From the NCBI GenBank assembly GCA_951406725.2, contig OX597814.1:112282001-112346000 (forward strand): DNA of 64,000 nucleotides, given 5' to 3'. Source of the DNA: Octopus vulgaris. Taxonomy: Eukaryota. A program made the translations under genes and the position numbers. The notes beneath the pieces are model-generated. The model had not been told where the DNA came from, did no database searches, and was given only the letters and a program-made list of their open reading frames with translations. Positions 53,790 to 64,000 of this stretch are shown piece by piece (position 1 is the stretch's first letter; each line of letters opens with the position of its first letter).

Positions 53790-55200
53790 TATGGAGAGAT
53801 GTTAAGACGATGTGAAATACCTATTTGGATGACGAACGCATTGAATAAGTAACTGCGTTTGTGTTGCAAATAGAACACTTAAAATTCCAAACAGAAGTTT
53901 GAGGATTTTAGGCAAGACTTTGCTGTTTGCGAAGAGCGACCCATAATTCTATTTAACTCAGATAGAGATCAGGGTAATGGTACTCGACAAGATCTTGCGT
54001 TCCTTATCGTGTAGTTGGAGAGTACACTACGCAACAAGTGTGGTGGTCGCTGTAATTAGATATGTTTTACCACAGCATGTCTCTTTGACTGAGCCGCATT
54101 CCAGGCTAAATCGTGGACCGAGATTATGTGTCTAAGATCAAGAATATACCCAGGCACTCATTGCACACCGCCAGCTTGGCAGTGCGGCTAGGGAAACGTC
54201 AGCACAAACTTGTGTGAACTCCGGGAAGATATATCCATGATAATTCCCATCTCATGCGATATCTCTCAGATCGGAAACAGATCTGGCATCGATGAGCCAT
54301 TGGTCAGTTTAGATCAGGCTAAAACCTTCGTCGGGATCAACCACTGATACCTGGTGGCTTCCCTGAGAGTAACAGGTTTCGATCAGAATCTCAAGGACTG
54401 AATTGTTACAATGCACAACAACATGTAAACTAAGCGGTCACCAAACGAGAATGGTTCTAATTTGACGTTCGCTCTATCAACGTTGTCTTTCCTTATATCT
54501 TCAGTATGCTTTTGCACTTGTACCATCGCTTTGAAGTGTTGAAGGGCATCTCAATGGAACAACAACACAGAAAGGTCGCGGCAATATATGCAGACGCCGT
54601 CACCAGAATGATGTCAGTCACATCGAAAGTCGAGGAGGTTGGTACCATTCTATAATATAGTACCGGTGGTAGTTTGGTGCACACTAACCGCAAAAACTCG
54701 ATGGTACTGCAACTCGACACTAGGGGAACAAGGTTCATGGAGGAGGAACGCATGACGCTGGATTCTTCATACAATACAGAAGGCACGGTTACTCGGGTTC
54801 ATCTTCGGATTGGAGTTCCAATTGAATAAATACAAGGAAGAGGTTGCTAGCTGGGTGGCCAGTCTCACTAAGAAATGAACTAAAAGAAAGTTGTCCCTGA
54901 TAAATCAAGTGATGGTGATAACAGTTACATCCCTTCGGTGGTATGTTAACGACAAACGGTCATACTTTGTTCTGTTATGGCGAAATAAGAAATGTGTTGG
55001 ATGATATAACAAGGACTGAGGACAGATAATTTCCCCATTTCGATCAAGTTCCCATCAACATTTCAAACATTTGAAAAAGATGGCTCGATTGAAGAGGGAT
55101 GTACTTGACCCTCATATGACAAATAAAGATCCAAAGGTAATTAAGCAGAGAGACGGTGGGTAACTTCAGACTGAAGAATATGTAGAGGTTTAAGGTGAAG
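53790..55200 (+). pseudogene. Decayed L1/Tx1-clade reverse transcriptase
   Basis: PGRYIHDNSHLMRY..LVSLDQAKTF..NH*YL..GF; YADAVT (YADD box); LLGFIFG..RKLSL; many stops and frameshifts. Confidence 0.85.
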
Positions 55201-55808
55201 GGACACTATTATTGTTTTTAAGCTTCAAATTTACATGGTACTCAACAGGTAACATTTATCCCCATTTAAACATCGATGTAGTGTTAGAACACGATATACT
55301 GCATTATTCACCATGAGAGAGAACATCTCACATGGACTTGTCATGCATATAAGCACTTGTGTGCCCTGCTTTAGTAAATAAGGCAGTATTTTTAAGTGGG
55401 GATAAATATTACCTTTCGGAATTAATATTGCTTCTGTCATTATTAATTATTTTAGTAATCAGCCTTTTTAATACACACACGCACATACTCGCACGCACAC
55501 GCACATACATATTACACATAATTGTATATTACATATGTTTATACATGTGTTTAGTAAGTATTATTATGTCTAATATGTGTATATATGTATGTAACAATAC
55601 ATATGCATTACATTCTTTTAATTTTTTTACTTATCTAATTCATTAGACAGCGGCTATGCTGGGGCACCTTGAAGAAGTTTAGTCGAACGAGTCGACCCAA
55701 TTACGTATTCTGTCTGACGTTTTCATCTAATCGCTAAGTTACGGGGACGTAAACGCACTGACACCGGTTACCAACCGGTGATGAGGGACAAACTCAGGCA
55801 TACACACA

Positions 55809-55839
<31 letters not shown>

Positions 55840-56914
55840 GTATGTATGCATATATATACGCGCGCGTGCGCGACGGACTTCTTTCAGTTTCCGTTTACCA
55901 CATCCACTCACAAGGCTTTGGGTCCTCCGCAGAGGGACTGAATCCGAAGCCATGTGGTTGAGAAGAAAAAACTTCAAACCACACAGCCACGCCTGTTCAA
56001 AAATTCGCCATTTATATAGATTACTGCGTGTGTGTGTGTGTGTAATAATGATCATTAACAGGAGAGACCTAATTGCTACGAGAAATATTCACACTTTATC
56101 CAATAATCTGCTGAAGAAATAAAGAAACGGAGAGAGAGGGGGGGGGGCAGACAGACCGACAGAGACACAGACAGACAAAGAGAGAAAGAGTAATTCTTAG
56201 GTTTGGTCCTTATTCCCGATAAATAAACATGATTTCTAACAAGGATATAATCTGGCACCTTTTCTTTCGCTAAATCTCCCAATCATGGCCCCTTACAGAA
56301 TTCTTAGCCCCAGGTCCGGTCGATAATGGGTAGATGTACAAATAAAACGCGATACAACCCCCCCCCCCCCAAATCACTCAGGAAATTTAGGCTATATTAT
56401 AATAAGGACGGTATTATCTAATGGGTAAAAGATATTTTTTTGACATAACAACAGTAGAGGATTTGAGAGGAGAGTTAGCTGCTATTTCTAGCAGGTCAAT
56501 TATCCGTCTATTAATAGTCTTGATCGTTCAACTTGCGGTTGTTGACACAGTGTTGATTAATGTGTGAACGTGACAAGTGTGTGTGTATGTGTGTGCGTGT
56601 GTGTGTGTGTGTGTGTGAGTGCGTTTATCTATTTATCTCTCTGAAATATCCACACTGGAAATTACGAGTGACAATATGTGTATACATACACACATATGCA
56701 TATGTCGATATACAGACACCAAAAGCATTCACATAAACATGCGTGGGTGTAAATATCTATACATACACTCTCTCTCATACACAAACGCGCACATACACAT
56801 ATATATATGCATATATATCTAATTACACACACACATATATATACACATATATACGCGTGAGTGTGTACATATGTATATGTACAAATTCCATATATATATA
56901 TGTGCGTGTGTGTG

Positions 56915-56963
<49 letters not shown>

Positions 56964-56981
56964 GTACACACACATATGTCC

Positions 56982-57012
<31 letters not shown>

Positions 57013-57080
57013 TGTGTGTATGTATAATATATATATATATGTATATTTACATAGATACATATCTAGATATATCTATCTAT

Positions 57081-57170
<90 letters not shown>

Positions 57171-57691
57171 TGATAGATAGACAGATAGATATAGATCTAT
57201 ATAAAGAGAGATATATATAGATACATAATACTCATAGATATATACACACATATAAAATACTAACTTCAACAGGTGTACTCTCGATTCCTTTCATTCAAAG
57301 ATTTCCTAACAAAAAAAATGAAAACAAAGGATTATATCTCGATGAATTTCTCATGGGCTGTGCACCTTAATTCTCACCCTCGCGGAGCAGTGAGTATCAG
57401 GGTACAGTGAAAAGGAAACAAACAGAAAATAAATTAAATGGTTTTAAAATTTATTTTAAATCTTTCCCGCGCCATGAGCGCTAAAAAAGAAATTTTGCGG
57501 CTGAAAGCTGTAACCTGTCTCCACGTTTATACAAATGTGGAATGTAAGATTTTTTGCTAATAAATTTCGTGTGGTTGCAAATAATTTCAGAACGAATGCA
57601 TCATTGCTGTCTTCAGTTTACTAAAACATTGATTACTCTGCTAATTTGCATCGAGTTCACGACAGTGATAACAAACCAAACTGCGGTGTGT

Positions 57692-57834
<143 letters not shown>

Positions 57835-58160
57835 TGTTTCTGCACACAGATGGGGCAGATTACAAAGTAGAGCTTTTCTTTTGGGAGAGAAAAGAAGTGG
57901 GGGTAGGCTTTCGATAAAAAGGGATCGTAAAAGGGAAAAAAAAAAAAAAAAGGAAAAAGAAAAACGGAAAGAAAAAAGGAAAAAGAAAAAAAAAACGATC
58001 AATAGGGACCGTATATCACAGAAATGTTATGATGTAAGGTGTAAAGGGGGAAGCAGATAAGGTTTATCCGTGGAAAGAAAAGCCTACGGAAAAGACCACG
58101 ATAACCCCGGTCAATAATGTCACATGTTAACACATTTGTTTGCAAGTAAGTAACTCTCTG
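57835..58160. mobile_element. Unclassified insertion between (GATA)n and (TA)n tracts, possibly a LINE 3' UTR
   Basis: Complex, strongly purine-skewed block bounded by microsatellites; hairpin CCGTGG..CTACGG. Confidence 0.3.
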
Positions 58161-58162
58161 TT

Positions 58163-58254
<92 letters not shown>

Positions 58255-58636
58255 TAATATGTTGACTATCTATTTCTATACTTCTATATTCACAAACCTT
58301 AAACTTCCAAACCTAAAAAAAAAAAAAATTAAAACCTTTGACACTTTTAAAAACTTTTATATCCACGGATATTGGAAGCTATTATATCTCTCATATTTTC
58401 AAAAAGAAATTATGTTCCCCAACCTATTACAGAAAATCAAACCTCCTTCCACTCTGCTAACCTCCATTATATTCTATAGGGTTTTAATATATTTTATATT
58501 TTTTCTTATCCTCACCTCAATGTATCTTAACCTGTCTTATTTTATTTTATTTTAATTTATCTTATTTCTTCGAAATGTTCTCCCAGCCAGTCCAGGTAAC
58601 GGTATTATCCTCTTATCTTACCAATACACACACACG

Positions 58637-58689
<53 letters not shown>

Positions 58690-59300
58690 TGTTTGTTTTT
58701 ATGTTATAAGGAAAACAATTTTACATTCAATTGAAGTATTACTCAAATTTATTATTATTTAACAAGAATACTTATGACAGTAACTTCGAAGTTTCGGCCT
58801 GCTAAGCCATCTGTCAATTCTATTCCTGTTAGAAAATTATATATATATATATATATATGCATGCAAACATATGTATCTGTATGCATACATATACATACAT
58901 ATATATAAATATAAATTTATGTTTGTATGTATATATGTATATTTATTTAAATAAATATATATATATATATATATATATGCATATATATATCTATTTATGT
59001 GTGTGTGTGTGTGTATATATATATGCATATATATATAAATTAATGTGTGTATATATATGTAGTGATATGTAAATGTAAGATCCAAGGATCCAGGTGTAGG
59101 AATTTAGTAAACTTCGAGCAGTCCGTAGGAGGTATAAAAAACGATTTTTAGGAACAATAGTGATTTATTAACGCAGAAGGTTGTGCGTTTTCCCCCATTT
59201 TTAAGTTCTATAAGCTGGTAGAATTTATTTTCTAGTTCACGGTTAGCAGCTAGGATTGCTATGTATGCGAGGAAAAAATCCAAACTGAGGAATGGAACTT

Positions 59301-59588
59301 GTAAAATCCAAGTTATACATATATCCTATCTAACAGGTCCTCGAAAGTAATAATTACCTTAATTATAAATACCTTAATTAAATGGTTGACATTGTTGTCA
59401 AAGGATCCCAAGTTAACTCACAGGAGATTTGATCAAATTTCCTGCGGGCTAACTTGAGGTCCCTTGACGACAATGCAAACCTTTAAGGCAGCTTCGGTCT
59501 GAGGAGTAACAAATGGAATACTCTTCGTGGAGTAATTATAACTTCGGAGGTTCTGCAGGCGAGGAAACATACGTAGCCTGGATTTTAC
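59301..59588. repeat. Old imperfect palindrome centred on TTTGATCAAA
   Basis: Inner arms CATTGTTGTCAAAGGA.. / ..TCCCTTGACGACAATG; outer GTAAAATCCA / TGGATTTTAC; one-arm relative at about 60985-61130. Confidence 0.75.
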
Positions 59589-59613
59589 CTGCTTCATTCC
59601 AACAATTTGTGTC

Positions 59614-59654
<41 letters not shown>

Positions 59655-59860
59655 TTTTATTCTTTTCCTTGTTTTAGTCATTTGATTGCGGTCCTGCTGG
59701 AGCACCGCCTTTTGTCGAACAAATCGACCTCAGGATTTATACTTTGCGAACCAACTACTTATTCTATCGGCCGCTTTTGCCGAACGGCTAACTTACGGGG
59801 ACGTAAACACACCAACATTGGTTGTCAAGCGATGGTGGGAAGACAAACACAGACACACAA

Positions 59861-59954
<94 letters not shown>

Positions 59955-60462
59955 ACACATACGTGGAGGCGCAATGGCCCAGTGGTTAGGGCAGCGGACT
60001 CGCGGTCGTATGATCGCGGTTTCGATTCCCAGACACCTAAAAGCTCCACGTGGCTCCGACAGGGATGGTGGTGATCCCTGCTGTACTCTTTCACCACAAC
60101 TTTCTCTCACTCTTATTTCATGTTTCTGTTGTACCTGTATTTCAAAGGGCCGGCCTTGTCACTCTCTGTGTCACGCTGAATATCCCCGAGAACTACGTTA
60201 AGGGTAGACGTGTCTGTGGAGTGCTCAGCCACTTACACGTTAATTTCACGAGCAGGCTGTTCCGTTGATCGGATCAACCGGAATCAACCGACGGAGTGCA
60301 TCCATATATATATATATATATATACGGGTTTCTTTCAGTTTCCCGTCTACCAAATCCACTCACAAGGCTTTGGTCGGCCCGAGGCTATAGTAGAAGACAC
60401 TTGCTCAAGGTGCCACCTGGGGCCATGTTGTTTGGAAGCAAGCTTCTTACCACACAACCACA
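59655..60462 (-). mobile_element. SINE A with a SINE B (59965-60299, plus strand, tail I) in its internal microsatellite
   Basis: Both homologies are clear. Confidence 0.88.
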
Positions 60463-60521
60463 CAAGGAAATACTGGTCAGCTGAGTCTCGCCGGGTTTTC
60501 GGGTGGTTATTATTAATAAAC

Positions 60522-60848
60522 AATTGCTGCATGGAAGGTGTTTATAAGCCATTTAAGAAACACACAAAACCCGTTAGATTCACTTCAACATATAAATTTA
60601 ATTTGTCAAAATATTTTCGTCGCTTTGAGACCACGACCTGTTCACTGACAAAGCTTCGTGATGCAGCACGAAGCTTTGTCAGTGAACAGGTCGCGAAAAT
60701 ATTTTGACAAATTAAATTTATATGTTGAAGTGAATCTAACGGTTTTGTGTTTCTTAAATGGCTTATAAACACCTTCCACGCTGCAATTATTTTCGTTCCA
60801 GCACACGATCTTAGATCAAGTCACTCGCTATGCAAGTACATCTCCGTA
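60522..60848 (+). mobile_element. Fold-back PLE-like element with variant hammerheads
   Basis: Arms at about 60522-60660 / 60667-60790 with a 6-nt spacer and an about 58-nt tail; flanking direct repeat ATTATTAATAAAC at 60509-60521 and 60849-60861. Confidence 0.85.
60602..60652 (-). ncRNA. Type I hammerhead with a compensatory G3-C8 core (GUGAACA)
   Basis: UUUGUCA-GUGAACA-G-GUCGU(GGUCUCAAA)GCGAC-GAA-AAUAUU-U-UGACAAA: 7-bp stem I, 5-bp stem II, palindromic stem III. Confidence 0.7.
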
Positions 60849-61286
60849 ATTATTAATAAACTTTTTATTTTTTTAATTGACCGAGTGTTTTACGATTAAT
60901 TGAACCTTTTACTACGCGTATATACATACATACATACATGATTGTATGTATGTATGTATGTATGTATGTATGTATGTATGTTAAGGAGTAGATAAGATCT
61001 GGGGTACGTATGCTTCATAGCGAGCGGAACCTCGGAAATGGTAAATATCCAAGCGAGATGTATACCGCAGGCTACTCTTCAAGCCAAGGATATCTTGATT
61101 AAACGAAAGTTTACATCGTGTCAAGGACAATGTTAAATTATTTTCAGTTTATCGTACTTTTATACCAAGAAAAAAAAAAACAACCTTCCGTCTCAGTAAT
61201 CCACTATTGTCCCTGAAAGTTGATTTTTTTATATTTACTACAGATCACTTGAAGTTAACTTTTTCCTATACCTCGATCCCTGAATC

Positions 61287-61337
<51 letters not shown>

Positions 61338-61338
61338 A

Positions 61339-61725
61339 CCAGTATCACCCGGCGTTGCTCGGGTTTGTTTCGACCCTTTAGAATTGGAATTTTTGAAAAG
61401 TAAATATTTTGCATTATGTAGCTTGTTATTCTCTTTAAGTGAACATTTTTCGCGGTTGAAATACACCGAAAAATGGCGACACAGCAGTCAGAAAATCGTT
61501 AAAAATAGAGATTTTCATAGAAAAAAAGCACCTTTTTGATTTAAATAATTTTTGGTGTTAACATGGTCCGATTTGAAATTTTTCTTCTACGGAAGGAAGA
61601 GCAAGCCTTCTTCTATCATACTCTCAATTTTGGTCAACTTGCGCCGCAGGGTCTCAGAGGAGATAGTGTTAGTTGAAGGCTACCAAACCTGCCATACACC
61701 GACAACTTCAGCTTTATATATATAG

Positions 61726-61726
<1 letters not shown>
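61339..61726 (-). mobile_element. Non-autonomous Helitron (same termini as 9175-9559, different interior)
   Basis: A|TCTATATATATAAAG start; CCCGAGCAACGCCGGG hairpin; CTGG|T end. Confidence 0.85.
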
Positions 61727-61762
<36 letters not shown>

Positions 61763-62151
61763 GTGTGTGTGTGTGTGTGTAAATAAAGTCGCATATACAT
61801 ACATTTATCCATTTATGCATACATATATATATCTACATAGAAAGATACATGCATTGAAGCATAATGCGAAGGCTTATGAGTATATGTATTCGTGTGTGTT
61901 TGTCCGTGCGTGTTGTGGGCGTGTATTTGGCGCGCGTCTTTCACCGCTTAACAATCGGTGCCGTTTTGTTTATATCCCCGCCACTTAGCAGATCAGGTAA
62001 ATTAATATGGTAGACAGAATAAGTAACAGACTTCAACTGGGTAATGGAGTCGAACTGACTGGCTAAATCCTTCAGCACGGTGCCCCAGTATGGCTGCAGT
62101 CCACTAACTGAAACAAATAAATAAATATAAAAATGAAAGAAAGAATATGTG

Positions 62152-62460
62152 GGCGCAGGAGTGGCTACGTGGTAAGCAGCTTGCTTCCCAACCACATGGT
62201 TCTGGGTTCAGTCCCACTTGTGAGTGGATTTGGTGCACGGAAACTGAAAGAAGCCCTATATATATATGTGTGTGTGTGTGTGTCCATCATCGCTTGACAA
62301 CCGATGCTGGTTGTTTACATCCCCATAACTTACCGGTTCGGCCAAAGAGAACGATAGAATAAATACTAGGCTTACAAAGAATAAGTCCTGGGGTCGATTT
62401 GTTCGAGTAAAACCGGTGCTCCAGCATGACCGCAGCTTTGAAGCTGAAACATTTTAAAGA
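62152..62460 (+). mobile_element. SINE A, internally deleted, preceded by an older 3' half (about 61930-62145)
   Basis: Homology to other A copies. Confidence 0.85.
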
Positions 62461-62584
62461 ATTTATATACATTAACAAGCAATATATTTTTACTTAGATT
62501 TTGATTCACGACCATTATTTAAATTTCTTCCGACTGTTATTAATTAATTTTATTTATATAATTACAAACGTAAATTAGTCGACT

Positions 62585-62990
62585 AACTGCCAGAATTGTT
62601 AGCGCGCCGGACAAAAAGCTAAGCGGCATTTCGTCCGTCTTTACGTTCTGAGTTCAAATTCCGCCGAGGTCGACTTTGCCTTTCATTCTTTCGGTGTTAA
62701 TAAAATAAGTAATCAACTTCCGTTTCCCCTCAAAATCGCTGGCCTGGTGCCAAAATTTGAAAGAATTATTAGGCATGTAAAAAAGGGCGCACGAATTAGC
62801 GAATTCTTTTACGGCGTCGGAAAAAACACCTTGGGGTATTCATTTCATCTTTTTACATTCTGAATTCAAATCCCGCCGAGGTCAACTTCCACGATTCATC
62901 TATTCTAGGCTGATAAAATATAGTATCGTTAAAGTACTAGGAACGGCTTCATCGACCAAGCCCTCCCCTCTAAAATTGTTAGCCTGCGTG
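62585..62990 (+). mobile_element. Two tandem old SINE C copies
   Basis: GAGTTCAAATTCCGCCGAGGTCGAC core at about 62650 and a variant at about 62860. Confidence 0.75.
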
Positions 62991-63378
62991 TAGCACAAGT
63001 ATAATTATTACACTCGCCACTGAAAGCTACTTAACTATGCGTAAATGTTGACATAAGCGCCCCTGTGAAGCGGTTCAAATGAAAGTGACAAGTTAATATT
63101 TTGTTTCTTAGTCAGAACTGCTGTAACGCATGTTGTTTATCTTATCTCTAGGTAGCAAACTGCTATGAGGTCCGTATAAGCTATACACGTATCTATATAT
63201 CTATATACGAGCATTCTATCTAACTATCTCTATTATGTGTGGGTAAATAAATTTCTTCTGACAAGCAGTATATTAAAAGAGAAAACCAAAATTTTAGCTT
63301 TCTCTTGACATCAGAGAAGCGATCCTTGAATTTAATAGAAAATCGTTTTATATACACTATAAAATACGTAAAAACACG

Positions 63379-63435
<57 letters not shown>

Positions 63436-64000
63436 CATGTATGTATGTATATATATATATATATATGTATATATTTATATATGTATGTATGTATATTTAT
63501 ATATATGTATGTATGTGCATATATATATATATGCATGTATGTGCATATATATATATATGTATGTATGTGCATATATATATATATATATATATACATGGAT
63601 GGATGGATGGATGTAGATAGGCTTAAGAGACAGAATCACCCTCAAGCAACTCAATCATCACTGAACGACATTATCCATGATAGGTACATATAGGACTAAA
63701 TATTAAAAAATTAATCAAAATTAATATCTTCAATTCTTATTCTAAATCATATACTTTACATTATATAGACTACGCACGTTTCATGACAACATATTCCTCG
63801 ATATTGCTGAAATAGCTCTCGAAATACAATACCATATTAAAACGATTATATTGCCAATCTTCATATATATATATAAAATATATTTATATATATCAATCTC
63901 TGTGTGTTGGAGAGAGAGGTTGAGAGACATATGCGAATACATACATATTAATTTGTATAAACCAAAGTATATAGATCCCAGATTCTCCTTATAATTACAG

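Noticed and set aside
57358-57407. Pre-miRNA-like hairpin with partial miR-12 resemblance
   Set aside because: Short, mismatched stem; the similarity needs a gap and lies on the wrong arm.
57575-57622. Minus-strand CTGAAGA..GAAA
   Set aside because: Stem III and stem I cannot both form.
58259-58555. 98-aa ORF as a possible GIY-YIG C-terminus
   Set aside because: Only vague similarity, with low-complexity AT-rich sequence.

Overview
Eukaryotic, AT-rich, repeat-saturated non-coding DNA (intronic or intergenic). From memory, the tRNA-derived SINE families and microsatellite load look like an octopus (coleoid cephalopod) genome; this is inference. I can support no intact host protein-coding gene: nearly all listed ORFs are translations of (TA)n/(CA)n/(TATG)n tracts or SINEs. 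Contents: (i) dozens of SINEs of four families, named A-D here; (ii) decayed LINE fragments (R4/Dong-like x3, HERO-like, RTE x2, CR1, L1/Tx1); (iii) non-autonomous DNA elements (hAT, mariner, pogo/Tigger, a 1-kb GG-ended TIR element, two Helitrons, one Helentron-type HINE). The most interesting signal is a set of short non-coding fold-back elements, mostly in (TA)n tracts, built as an inverted arm, a hairpin junction, a sense arm and an unpaired 3' tail. This matches Penelope-like pseudo-LTR derivatives. Several carry type I hammerhead ribozymes. I can hand-fold hammerheads from at least six sequence families, three of them within 850 bp (11990-12827). One family has the catalytic C3-G8 pair swapped to G3-C8 (60602-60652). 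All folds and family assignments were made by eye and none were computed.
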